A program made the translations under genes and the position numbers. The notes below the pieces were generated by a model. It did not search any database. It was not told where the DNA came from and was given only the letters and a program-made list of their open reading frames with translations. From assembly GCF_009914755.1 (NCBI RefSeq), contig NC_060940.1: a stretch of DNA of 64,000 nucleotides. The stretch is one strand, 5' to 3'. The DNA comes from the human T2T-CHM13v2.0 reference genome, Homo sapiens. Shown in pieces: positions 1-14,686 of the stretch (within the stretch, counting starts at the first letter, position 1; every line of letters begins with the position of its first letter).

Positions 1-80
1 ATGAATCATCTTCAGAGTTCTTCTTGGGGAGAAACTGTTCTTTACATCTTTGATTCCTCCTTGTTTCTACTTTATCCTAG

Positions 81-147
81 GATTCATTATACAGCTGGTA
101 AAGCACAAAAGATGGGAGGAGAGGATTAATGATCATAGTGAATTCAG
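81..147 (+). other. Candidate internal exon (67 nt) of an unidentified gene or lncRNA
   Basis: Pyrimidine tract + AG (cctccttgtttctactttatcctag|G) and donor CAG|GTGACT; one frame open (FIIQLVKHKRWEERINDHSEF); purine-rich, non-repeat. Peptide not recognised. Confidence 0.35.
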
Positions 148-275
148 GTGACTGTGGCACAGCCAACCTACATTGATCCCCACTGTCGCTGGAGTGGCTG
201 GGGCACACTGCTGAAAAGACTTACTCCTCTTGAACATACTCCTTTGAGTAGTTTTTATATATGTAATTTTGCATA

Positions 276-937
<662 letters not shown>

Positions 938-1031
938 TTAGAATTAACACTAATATTATATTTTCTTTGTGCATTTTTTTTCTTAAGTGGTTCAAAAGAA
1001 AGTACAGACATCATGATATTAAACCCTAAAT

Positions 1032-1252
1032 CAGTGGCTCTCAACTGAGGTTGACTTTGACCCTTGTCCTCCGCAAGAGGACTTTTGGCACTGTCTGGAG
1101 ACAATGTTGGTTGTCACAAAAGGAAGCATGCCTGCATCCCTGGTAGAGATCAGGGATGTTACTAAACATGCTACAATGCACAGGACTGCCCCCTCCAAAA
1201 CAAAGAATTATCTGGTTCTAAATGCCGGTAGTGCTGAGGTTGAAAACCTTTG
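1032..1252 (+). mobile_element. MER20 (hAT-Charlie MITE)
   Basis: cagtggctctcaac...ttggcactgtctggagaca...caaagaattatctgg...gaggttgaaaacc; 8-bp TSD-like ccctaaat/gtctaaat. Confidence 0.85.
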
Positions 1253-1986
1253 GTCTAAATGATTAAGAATGCGTTTCTTAAAATGCAAAATTTCACATAA
1301 CCACATAGCACCATCACTTCTAACAAAGAGAAAAATAACTCTTTAAAATTGTCTAATAACCAGTCCATGTTTCCCCACCATTCCACTAAAATGTTTTTTA
1401 CAGCTGGTTTTAGCAAACACTTTCCATTTTATTAGCACTGTTAATAGAATCTCACTCTAAATGACTACAGAATAGTCTGTTAAATGGATTCCCTGAAATT
1501 TATTCAAAGGATCTATTTTTGGATATTAGTTTTGCTTCCAGGTTTTAGACAAATTATATTTTTGTAAATAATGAGAGTTTACTTCTTTTCTAACTTTGTG
1601 CCTTTTCTTTCTTTTATTTGCCTTATGTTCTGGCTAAAAACTTCAGTAAATACTGAACACAGCATATGAGAGTGGGCATCCTTTTGTTGTTCCAGATTTT
1701 AGGAGAAAAAGATTTAATATTTTATTAAGTATGATATTAACTGTAGGTTTTTAAAGATGAACGTTATCATATTGGAGATGGTCCCATCTATTCCTAGTTT
1801 CACTGAGCGTTTTTATCATAAAGAACTAATGATTTCTGTCAAATTTTTTTTCTGTGTATTTTGAAACGATCAAATGGTTTTCAAACTCTTACTCTGTTAT
1901 AGTATGATGAATTATATTGATTGATTTTCATTAAACCAACCTTGCTTTCTTGGAATAAACCTTGCTTGGTCATGATGTATTATTCT

Positions 1987-2080
1987 TTATATGTATGTAT
2001 AAATATATATCTATAGATACATATACATATATACATATATCTATCTATATATATAGATATGTATACATATATATATAGAG
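1987..2080. repeat. Degenerate (TA)n-rich microsatellite
   Basis: tatatgtatgtata...atatatatagagag. Confidence 0.85.
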
Positions 2081-2130
2081 AGAGCTGGATTCTGTTTGCA
2101 AATATTTGGTTTAGAATTTTTGTGCCTATG

Positions 2131-2422
<292 letters not shown>

Positions 2423-3415
2423 AGAATTTTTGTGCCTATGTTCGTGAGGGATTAGGCTGTTATTTTTTTTACTTGTAATAGCTTTGTTATATTTTGGGGT
2501 CAGGGTGATGCTGGCCTTCTATATTAAATTGGGAAGTGATACCTCTTCCTCTATGTTCCGAATTTGTGCATTATTGATATTTCTCCCTTACATGTTTTGT
2601 AGAATTTACTAATGAACCATATATGTGGAAAATTTTCTTTTTAGAAAGGTTTTACAAATTTAATTTCTTTAATAGCCATGGGGTTATTTATTTTCTGTGT
2701 CTTCAGTTGTTAGTAATTTGTGATTTGGATTAATTAATATAAGTTGTTGAATTGTTAGAATGTTTTAATATTTATCCTTTTTAACATTTTTAGAATATGT
2801 AGTGCTGTTTCATTTTTATTTATGTGGGCAATTTGTGCTTTCCCTCTTTTTTTTGTCCATTGTTGTTAAGACTTTGTATTGCCACTTTACTATTAGTATT
2901 TCCTTTCTTTTACTTGCTTTAGATTTACCTTATTCTTCTTTTTCTAGCTTCTTAAGATGGAAGGTTGTATATACCTTTCTTCTCCAGTGTAAGTATTTAA
3001 AGTCATAAATTTTCTTCTAAGCACTGCGTTAGCTTTATTTCACAAATTTTGATATATTTTCATATTATTCAGTTCAAAATATTTTACAGTTTCCTTTATG
3101 ATTTCTTTTTTGATCTATGGGTTATTTAGGAGAGGGTTGTTTTATTGCCCAATACATAGGGGATTTGCTAGATATCTTATTGTGAATGATTTTATTCTAT
3201 CGTGTTACTCTGTATGATTTCATTCTTTGATATTCATTAATACTTTTATATGATCCAGAATATGGTCTATTTTACTGAATGTTCCATGACAACTTTAAAA
3301 GAATGAGTTTTCTGCAGCTGTTGGATGTAGTAGTTTAAAATATTATGTCAGTTTGGTTTACAGAGTTGTTCAAATAGTGTTTACTGAATCTTTGATCTGC
3401 TTGTTCTATCAGTTA

Positions 3416-3622
3416 TAAGTTGAGCATCCCTAATTTGAAAATCTGAAATCTGGAATGCTCCAAAATCTAAAACTTTTTGAGTGCTCAGAGTAAATGCTCA
3501 TTGGATTTGGAGCTTCATATTAGGAATGCTCAACCAGTAAGTATAATGCAAATATTCCAAAATCTGGAAAAATCCAAAATCCTTCTGGTCTCAAGCATTC
3601 TGGATAAGGGATGTTCAACCTG
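3416..3622 (+). mobile_element. Tigger4/MER46-type (TcMar-Tigger) MITE
   Basis: TIRs gttgagcatccctaat / ataagggatgttcaacctg; internal aatgctccaaaatc and gtaagtataatgcaaatattccaaaatc. Confidence 0.85.
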
Positions 3623-6169
3623 CACCAAGAGGGTTTACATTCTCCAACTATGATTGTGAATTTTTTTTTATTTCTCCTTTCAGTTCTGTCAGTTTTTCCT
3701 TTGTGAGTTTTGGAAATGTGTTGTTAGGTACATCTATATTCATGATTGTTTTCTTCTCAATTATCCTTTTTTTATTATTTTGAGGTATTCTTCTTAATAT
3801 CCAGTCATACTCTTTGTTTAAATGCTACATTGTCTGATATTAACATAGTCATACCAGATTTCTTATTTTTGGTGTTTTCATACTGTATCTTTTTCTTTCC
3901 TTTTACTTTCTATTGGCCTGTATCTTTATAATAAAATTGTGTTTCTCAAAAACAACCTATAGTTGGGTGTTGCCTTTCATATCCAATTTACTAAGCTCTG
4001 ACTTTTTCTTAGAGGAGTTAGTCCATTTACATTTAAGGTAATTATTGATATGATTCGACTTATGTCTCCCATCTTGGTATTTGTTTTATATTTATGGTAT
4101 TTATTCTTTATTCCTTTGTTCATTTTTGTCTTTTCAGGGGAAAATTAAGTATTCTTAATATTACTTTTATATCCTCTGTGGATAGTTAGATTATATTTCC
4201 TTTTTAAAAAATTTAGTGGTTACTATAGAAACTACATGTAAATGTTCACAGTATACCTTCAAACAATGTTTAACCTAATTCACAGTATAAAAATCATGCT
4301 GCAGTATAATTCCACTTATGTCCAATCCTGCCTTTTGTGCTCTTGTTATATTCTGTGTTACAGTGACACATATGGTATTAATCCTATCATACGTTGTTAT
4401 TATTTCCAGTCTACACTGTAAATAGTCACTTAAATATTTGAGAAATTATAAATGTAAAAATAAAAGTCAAAAAAGGTCTTTTCCATTTATACAAATATTT
4501 ACCTTTTCTGGTGTTTTTAATTCCTTTCTGCACATCTGGGGTTCCATCTGATATAATTTCCCTCAGCCTGAAGTATCAGCAAGTATCTCAGATTTTGTCT
4601 CTCTAAGGATATCTTTATTTCATCTTCATTTTGAAGGATATTTTTTGCTAGACATAGAATTCTCTGCTTCCATTTCTTTTTTCTTGTCATACTCAATGAT
4701 GTCATTTAATTGTTTTCTGGCTTTATTCTAGATTCTGATGAAAAGTTAGCCATCATAAATTTTTTTCTAATGTATTTAATGTGTCATTTTATTCCTATTG
4801 CTTTTTAGATTTGCTGTTTATTGTTTTATGTGATTTTTGGTTGTTAAATAGCTAGGTAAGGTTTTCTTTATATTTATCTTGCTTAGGGTTCACTGAGCTT
4901 CTTGGCTCTACAGGTTTATGTCTTTCATCCATTTTGGAATGTTCTCAGATGGTTATTATTATATCAAATATATTATCTATCCAGTTTTTCTCTTCTCTTT
5001 CTGGAACTTCTATTACATCACTTGATATCATGTTAGATTCATTTATACTGTCCAACAGATCTTGAATATTCTGTTGTATTTTTTCCACTATTTTTGCCTT
5101 TTGTGTTTCAGTTTGGATACTTTCTATTGATCTGCCTTTTGTCCCTGATGCTTTCATCTGTTTTTTTTCCAGTGTGCTGTTAAGCACATCTGATGTTATT
5201 GATTTCTAATATTGTATTTTTCATTGCTACTTATCCCATTTGATTTTCTTCTAACATTTCCTGGTGAACATGTCTTTAGGAAATTTTCCATTTCTTCATG
5301 CATGTTATCTATATTTTTCGTTAGGCTTTTGGCATTTTTATTATAGTTATTTTAAATTCCCTGTCTAATAATTCCAACATCTGAGTCATCTGTGGATCTG
5401 TTTTTCTTGATTGTTTCTACTCTTAACTATAGGCCACTTTTTTGTTGTTCTTTAAAAAAATATTAATACGTCTTCTAATGTTTGATTGTATACTGAAAAT
5501 TCTGTATAAAAGAACAGTAGAGACTAAAGTAAAAAATATTTACATCCAAAAGAGCATGCTTTTGATAAGACCTGTAGTAAATCTCTCCTCTCCTCTAAAA
5601 TGATCTTCACTTTGTGGAATTTAGTTCATTTGGATTTTTCTGTGTCCTTAGTTCACTGAAGGTTTTCTTTTTTCCAAATAGCTTTGTAGCTCATCTAATT
5701 TGTTTTGATTATTTGCATGAGAATGGCATTTTCTGTTGACTTTCTATTTCTGAATTCAAAGTAGTATGCAACCAAATATGCTTCAACAAAGATGTGCATT
5801 CACCAAATATTTTTTTAAAAATTTACAATAATTTCCTTAACATAAATTCTAGAAGGTAGACATTGATCAAAATATCTAAAGATTTTTTATGGTTCTTAAT
5901 AAAATATGGTCATATTACATCTCAAAAAAACAAGGAAGTTATACCTATTTTTAATGAGTGCAAATAACCATTTTGCTTCATAAGCTTTAAGTGTTATAAT
6001 TAATTTGACTTTGCTAACTTATTCAAAAAATATTATTTCATATTACATACCTTTAACTTCAAGCACTGTACAGGATCAAAATCTTATGTTCATTTTTTAG
6101 CAGGACTGACTTTACCTGGAGAATAAGTGAACCCATTAAACATCAGAATTGTTTGAGTAGATAGATGGT

Positions 6170-6720
6170 AATGACTGATATTTATTGAGTGCTTTTTATG
6201 AAAAAAGTGGTGTTTTAATTCTCACAGTGACCTGTGAAGAAGGTTATCATTTCATCACTCCAGAAGGAGGGTTTATTCCCTACAGAGGAGAAAAGAGAGG
6301 CTCTGATATAATGGGACAGGATTAAATTCAGGAGAATCTGAGCCCCAAACCTCAGTCTTCCAACTTTGATGTGATTTAAATCATATCTGAATGCAACCAA
6401 TATTGCTATCTGTATTAGTCAGCTGTTGCTACAATAATGCCATATAACAAACACCCCCTAAACTCACACTTAAAACAATAGTTTTGTATTCTCATTGAGC
6501 TGCAGTTTGGCAGTAGAAGTTTTGCTTTAAAACTCCCCTCTTAGTCATTTATTGAAGAAAAACATAATGAATACCTCTTATTTTCCAAGCACTCTTCTGG
6601 GCTCTGGAGAAACAACAATGAATAAAATACACATAAATGCTGCCCTTAGGAAACTTACTTTCTTGAGGGAAGAGACATACAGTAAATAAGTAGACTATAT
6701 AGTAAGTAAGATGCTGATAA
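6170..6720 (-). mobile_element. Old MIR, MLT1-type LTR end and L2 3' end fragments
   Basis: tttattgagtgc...ctcacagtgacctgtga (MIR); tgtattagtcagctgttgct (MLT1); aagcactcttctgggctctggagaaacaacaatgaataaaa (L2). Confidence 0.55.
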
Positions 6721-6780
6721 TTTCTTTATTTTGTTTATTTTTCTTTTTCTAAATTGGTTTCCTCAGATTGAAGATAATTT

Positions 6781-7085
6781 CTTTCTTTTTTTTTTTTTGA
6801 GACGGAGTCTCGCTCTGTCGCCCAGGCCGGACTGCGGACTGCAGTGGGCAATCTCGGCTCACTGCAAGCTCCGCTTCCCGGGTTCACGCCATTCTCCTGC
6901 CTCAGCCTCCCGAGTAGCTGGGACTACAGGCGCCCGCCACCGCGCCCGGCTAATTTTTTGTATTTTTAGTAGAGACGGGGTTTCACCTTGTTAGCCAGGA
7001 TGGTCTCGATCTCCTGACCTCATGATCCACCCGCCTCGGCCTCCCAAAGTGCTGGGATTACAGGCGTGAGCCACCGCGCCCGGCC
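6781..7085 (-). mobile_element. AluYb8
   Basis: Diagnostic 7-nt duplication ccggactgcggactgcagt, plus ccgcttcccgg, tttcaccttgttagcc and catgatccac; CpGs intact; TSD gataattt at 6773-6780 and 7086-7093. Confidence 0.95.
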
Positions 7086-7090
7086 GATAA

Positions 7091-7395
<305 letters not shown>

Positions 7396-7839
7396 AGATT
7401 AATTTCTAATGACAGCTATAAAGCAGTGGAAGAGGAGAGGACGGGCTGTCAGGTGAAGAACAGCAACAGGGATTGCTGTTGCAATGTGCTTTCTCTTATC
7501 ACTGCGCTTCCTAGCATACCGCCAAACCCTGGCATCTCTGTTCATTTTTACAATGCAGAGCTATTTCACTACTTCTTTGTTTCACTGTCTTCTTCTAAAC
7601 TGTGCCCTGGGGGGCCTCACATTTCATAACCAAAGCTGCCTATCAAAGTGTTTTGCTAAAGAAAATATATTTAGTCTGGAGAGAAATAATGTCTCTCCCT
7701 TAGGGACAGAAGCAGCTGCAGTCAGTAGTAGTTTTAGATAGCATTTTTCTCCTCTGTCACGCAGCATTGCAATCTCTTCTTTATTTAAAAGTTGAAGGTC
7801 AGAGGTGAAGATGTGTGGAAACTTACTGAGGAAAGGAGA

Positions 7840-8030
7840 CATTTGCAGAGCACCCACTATGTGCTAGATCTGGTGCAAGCAGATGTCTTCAAATAATCCT
7901 TGAATTAGACATTATGATTCCCATTTTCCTAATGCAAAAACTGAGCTGTATGCAGGCAAAATAATCCACTCTCGGACACAAAACCAGCAGTTGCAGATCT
8001 AAGTTTTAATTCTTGAGTGTGTCCTTCCAG
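7840..8030 (-). mobile_element. MIR
   Basis: gagcacccactatgtgctag...attcccatttt...aaactgagct. Confidence 0.6.
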
Positions 8031-8674
8031 CCTCCTCCCAACCACCTTCTTGTTGCTTTGGATTGGATGTAGAGAGCTGCTTATTTTATAATCTTTGTGG
8101 CTAGACCTGGAATGCTGGCTTTGTGTTTCTGGGCCTCTCTCCCGCTTCATGGCTAGTCTGTGTGGTATAGCCCAACTGCTGCCCCAGTAATAGGAGGAGG
8201 CAGTCAGGTCTGGGGGGAAATGAAAGAATTCCCAGGGCACCCGGCAAATGAATGAATTCCACTGATCTTGTTTGGTTCCTTATGGGATCATCCATCATGA
8301 TTTAACAACTTGCAGCCCAGGGTAACTACAGGCATGCTTCTTGCCCAAAGCCACAGACACAGTGTAATTCATGGCTGAAAAACAGATTTGTTTTTCTGTT
8401 ATTATTACCTGTATCATGCCCATTATACTATATTATATGCTGTGTTATCATGTAATTTAGTCCTCTGTCTGCCGCATTGACGTTTGCTTTTGAGAAGACT
8501 CGGCTTTTCTCATTCTTTTGTAATGCACTAAAGTAAACAAATTCCCTGGCTGTAATGTAAGCAGATATTTGTTGAGGGCCCACTGTGTGTACAGTAGATG
8601 GGATACAGAAAAGCTCTGGTTTTGCTCAGGAAACTTACCCTCCTATTGTTTTCTGCATTTAATTTTATTTTTAA

Positions 8675-8978
8675 TTTTTTTCTGAGGCAGAGTCTCACTC
8701 TGTTGCCCAGGCTGGAGTGCCCTGGCATGATCTCGGCTCACTGCAACCTCTGCTGCCTGGGTTCAGGCCATTCTCCTGCCTCAGCCTCCTGAGGAGCTGG
8801 GATTACGGGCACCGGCCATCACACCTGGCTAATTTTTTTTTTTTTTTTTTGTATTTTTAGTAAAGACGGAGTTTCGCCATGTTGGCCAGCCTGGTCTTGA
8901 ACTCCTGACCTCATGCCATCTACCTGCCTTGGCCTCCCAAAGTACTGGGATTACAGGCGTGAGCCACCATGCCTGGCC
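8675..8978 (-). mobile_element. AluS
   Basis: Antisense Alu dimer. Confidence 0.95.
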
Positions 8979-9085
8979 TATTTTTAAATTTTTTAATGCA
9001 ATATTTGAAACACAGAAATAATATATATATATAACATGTAAGTTATCAAACATATCAACAAAATGAAGACCCATAAAATCATTGC

Positions 9086-9803
9086 TGTCTTAGTCCATTT
9101 GTGTTGCTATAAAGGAATACTTGAGACTGGGCACTTTATTTTAAAAAGCAGTTTATTTGGTGTATGGTTCTGCAGTCTGTACAAGAAGCCTGACACTGCA
9201 TCTGCTTCTGGTGGGGCCTCAAGCTGTTTCCACTTAGGGCAGAAGGGGAAGTGGAGGGACTGTGCACAGATGACGTGGTGAGAGAGGAAGCGAGAGAGAG
9301 AGGAGGAGATGCCAGGCTCTTTTCAGCAACTAGTTCTCCTGGGACTAAGAATGAGAACTTTTTTTTTTTTGAGACAGGATATCCCTTTGTTGCCCAGGCT
9401 GGAGGGCAGTGGCATGATCTTGGCTCACTGCAGCCTCCACCTCCCAGGTTCAAGTGATTCTTGTGCCTCAGTCTCCTGAGTAGCTGGGACTATAGGCGCC
9501 TACCACCACGCCCTGCTAATTTTTGTATTTTTAGTGGAGGCAGAGGTTCTTCATGTTGGCCAGGCTGGTCTGGAACTCCTGGTCTCATGTGATCCTCCCG
9601 CCTCTGCCTGCCAAAGTGCTGGGATTACAGGCATGATCCACTGCACCCAGCCCAAAATGAGAACTCACTTCTTTGAGAATGGCAACAAGTCATTCATGAG
9701 CAATCAACTCCCATGCCCCAAACACCTCCCAATAGGTCCCACCTCCAACATGGGGAGAGATTTCAACACGATGTTTGGAGGATCAAATATCCAAACTACA
9801 TTA
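9086..9803 (-). mobile_element. MSTB-type MaLR solo LTR, split by an Alu
   Basis: tgtcttagtccatttgtgttgctataaaggaatac...cccacctccaaca...atatccaaactacatta; 5-bp TSD-like attgc/agtgc. Confidence 0.85.
9360..9652 (-). mobile_element. AluS inside MST LTR
   Basis: Antisense Alu; TSD aatgagaact. Confidence 0.95.
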
Positions 9804-9992
9804 AGTGCCTAACTGATTGACTAAAATGACCAGTTCTACTGGATCCATCTGGGTGGAAAGTGCCTCTTGCATCCCCCATCCTATCCCCATGTGGAAATCT
9901 ACAATCCTGTTTTGTGTTTATCATCCCCTTTCTTTGCTTTGTTAGCTTTACCACAAAGCTTTATCAGTTTTGCTTGCTTTTGAGCTTTATAA

Positions 9993-10310
<318 letters not shown>

Positions 10311-11237
10311 TTAAATAATATTTTAAGACTTGCTTTGTTCACACTATATGGTTTCTAAGATTTATTCCATTTTTCTTCATGCTTCTTTTCTTTCTTTTCT
10401 TTAAATTGAGGTTTTTTGTTTGTTTTTGTTTTGTTTTCAAACTCTGCTTTTCCCTTTACTTGTTGGAATTTTAAAATTCCAAATTCAAATATTAAGATTC
10501 TAAAAATTCTAAAATTCCAAAAATTTAAAACCTCTTTTCTATCATCTCTCCCTTGAAATTTTATTGTGTGTATCAAGGAAAATTGAAAGCCCATAAATAT
10601 CTTAACTTCCCCTTCCAAATACTGTAAGGACTTTATGATACTTTAATGTCAATGACTTCCCCATTACTTAAATGTCAATGTTGTCAGTAGTTTCAATCTC
10701 ATCTTAAATTCTCACAAATCAGATTGTTACTATTAATATTTTATATAGATAATGTTTTAGATTTATCTCCTAGTTTGTAAGCTTACTTGCTAACTATTCT
10801 TCTTACACTCGAAATTTTTTTTTCTGGGCTATTTTTTTTTTTTTTTTTTTAGTATTCTTTTAGTGGGAATTTATCGGTGGTAAAAATCTCTCAGTTTTTG
10901 TTTATATGGAAGTGTCATCATTTCACACTCATTCTTAAAAGACACATTTGCCTGAAGCGCAATTCTAGAATGATGGTTGTTTTCTTTTAGAATTTTGGAG
11001 ATGTTATTCCAGAGTCTTTTGGCTTCTGTTGCTTTGCCTGAAAACTCAGGTGATGATCTAAATGTAGTGTTTTTGAAGGTTATCTGCCCCTTTCCCCTGT
11101 GAGCTTTTAAGTCTTCTCTGTCTTTGATGTTCTGTGGTTTCACTGCAATATGTCTAGCTATGAATTTCTTTGCATTCATCTTGCTTATATATGCTGTGCT
11201 TGGACCTGAAGATTTTATGTGTGTGTTTGTGTATATG

Positions 11238-11240
<3 letters not shown>

Positions 11241-11284
<44 letters not shown>
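11241..11284. repeat. (ATCT)11 tetranucleotide STR
   Basis: Perfect ATCT array. Confidence 0.97.
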
Positions 11285-11621
11285 CATCATGCCTCACTTA
11301 ACAATCGGGATATGTTCTGAGAAATGAGTCATTAGGTGATTTCATCATTGTGTGCATATCATAGTGTCCTTATACAAACCTAGATAGTGTAGCCTCCTAC
11401 ACACCTAGGCTATATGGTATAGCCTATGGCTCCTAGGCTACATGACTGTACAGCATGTTACTCTACTGAATACTATAGGCAGTTGGAACACAATGGTAAA
11501 CCTTTGTCTGCCTAAACATATCTAAACATAGAAAAGGTCCAGTAAAAATACAGTATTACAATTTTGTGGAGCCACTGATGTATGCAGTCTGTTGACCAAA
11601 ATGTTATGTGGTACGTGACTG
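11285..11621 (-). mobile_element. Tigger3a (MER7A/Golem) MITE
   Basis: cacttaacaatcgggatatgttctgagaaatg...cacctaggctatatggtatagcc...taaacatagaaaagg...gttgaccaaaatgttatgtggtacgtgactg. Confidence 0.88.
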
Positions 11622-11645
11622 TATTTTACCATTTTTACAACATTT

Positions 11646-11973
11646 CTTTCCCCCTCCCCTCCCTTCCCCTCCCCTCCTCTCCTTTCTCTCTCGGACAGAG
11701 TCTTACTCTGTCATCCAGGCTGGAGTGCAATGACGCAGTCTTGGCTCACTGCAACCTCCGCCTCCTGGGTTCAAGCGATTCTCCTGCCTCAGCCTCCTGA
11801 GTAGCTGGGACTACAGGCATGTGCCACCGTGGCCGGCTAATTTTTGTATTTTTAGTAGAGACAGGGTTTCACCATGTTGGCCAGGCTGGTCTCAAACTTC
11901 TGACCTCAGGTGATCTACCCACTTCTGCCTCCCAAAGTGCTGGGATTACAGGCATGAGCCACCCTGCCCAGCC
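11646..11973 (-). mobile_element. AluS with tail converted to a (CCCCT)n tract
   Basis: Antisense Alu dimer. Confidence 0.94.
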
Positions 11974-12209
11974 TTTGCAAAATTTCTATCTATTATCACT
12001 TTTAATATTGCCTCTTATCCAGTCTCTCTATTCTCTCCTAATATTATGTCTAATATATTAGACATACATTAGTCTGTTTCTTTCTGTCCTCTGTATCTCC
12101 TAACTTCTCTTTAATAGTTTTAATCACCTAATCTATTTGTGTTGTTGCACCCTAGATAATTTCTTTAGACATATCTTCAATTTCTAATTCTCTTTCCTGC
12201 TATTTTTAA

Positions 12210-12444
<235 letters not shown>

Positions 12445-13154
12445 TGATTTCCAAAATTTTTATTTGACCATTTTTCAACTATACCTCATAATTTTTTTAT
12501 AAACGTTGATTATTTTCCCATTTTTCTAATTCCATCTTTTATTTGTTTAAATATTTTAATCAGAATTATTTTATATTATGTATCTGATTATTTCAATGGT
12601 TCCAATATCTGAAGTTTGTGGGAGTAAAAATTTGTTGTTTATTAATTCTGCTGATTCTCACTCATGGTGGCTTATTTCCTAATGAGTTTGGTGGCTTTTG
12701 ATTATAAGCTCACAGAGGCTTGATCTTAATCTATGGAAATTCTTATGACCCAAGTAGAAAATGCTTTCACACAGGGAGAATTTTCATTTGCCTCCATTAG
12801 GAGCCTGGGACACCACCAGCATTGTCTTCCTTCAAAATAACTAGCCTTACATGGGAGTCTCAGATTCCCCAACCTTGTCACAGTCAGTGACTAGTTGTTA
12901 ATTTAATCATAATCACTTGATGTATTTTTTTAATGTCACACACTGTCCGGTGTGTTCCACAAACATTATTTCTAACTTGCAAAATAATCTTGTAAACCAC
13001 TTCACTGTTGAGGAGATAAAAGCTGGGGGAGGCCTTCCACACAATCTGCTTCTCACAATTCTCCTACACTTCTACACCATCTCTGCCCATCAAAATCCCT
13101 CCCCTCCTTCTACACCGTCCTCAAATGCTGCCTCCTCAGGGACACTATTCTTGA

Positions 13155-13484
<330 letters not shown>

Positions 13485-14686
13485 TTTGTTCCTAGAACAC
13501 ATAATTTATATCGGTGATTCAAGTAATCATCCCATTTCACAGATGAAGCATTTGAGGCCCTGGAGTTTCATTTGTAGGCATTTGTGCGGATCTACCTAAA
13601 ATGTCATCTGGCTGCAAGGCCATCGCTTCAGTGTTATTTTTGCATTTATCCTTCTCCATCCCTCCTAGGCAACCCCTAGTTCCTTACCTTCCTCATATAC
13701 ATACAGAATGCAAGACTAAGAGGAAGGATTCCAAAAAGTTGGATACATTAAATTTAGGTGGAGAGATGAGGAACATATGGAGAACAGGCCATCAGCTTAG
13801 TGATTGTCAGGCGATTCCTGTCATCAATATGTACCCCCGTGGCCCATGTTAAGTCCCTTACTCATTGGGACTGCCCTGGTCCTCCGTTGACCTCAGGTAA
13901 ACAATCATTTAAGTGGGATTTTATTCAAAAATTGCACTTAGAGTGGTTTTAGTGGGTCACATTGGCTCTTCCATGAATTCTTTGCGTCTTTTTAAGCCAG
14001 ATCTTTGGCATTTTATCAATCTTTGCTTTGGCATCACGTTTGAGGATATATTCAGGGGATTTTTTTTATTTTTAAAAAAACTCTTTTGTTTATTGACAGA
14101 AATAGCATTTCTACTAATACCTCAAGAGCAAGTACTATCATGAATTTAAATTATTTTTCCCCAAATTTAATCAAGAGTACTTGAGTTACCAGCTTCCAGG
14201 TTGGCCAGAAGTCCTGAATTACCTTATTGAGACTTTCTGCTCCAGTTCCAGGGTTCTTGTATAATTAGGAGTCCTCACAACTTGTACTCCCAATTAGGGA
14301 AAAGCGCTGGTATTTGTCAGCCTGTTTGGGTTTCCTACTGAGAGAAGATGGCACTGTTGAACACGGAGCCAGTGCTGCTGGGCTACAATGTAGTGCGGGC
14401 TGGTAACTCTCACGGTAACCCCTCTTAGAGGTCCTGTTCTGGATGAGGTTTGTTTATCCACTCACCACGGTCCCCACAACTCCAATGCCTTTTCCAATGA
14501 CAGCAGGTGAATGAGACCTACCCAGGATCAGGCCATTTTTACTTTCAGCCCCTGAGAGAGAAAAGAAATTAATTTGGTTCTCTTTTCTGAACAATAGAGA
14601 TTTATTCGTTCTAAAAATTCTACAAACCATATCCAGCAGGCAAAGAATGCCTGGACTTTAGATAAACCAAAAGGGCAGTCATCCTT

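Noticed and set aside
3416-3622. Hairpins in Tigger4/MER20/MER5 as miRNA genes, and Alu monomers as 7SL RNA
   Set aside because: Explained by MITE inverted termini and by FLAM/FRAM lacking the 7SL S-domain; no expression evidence
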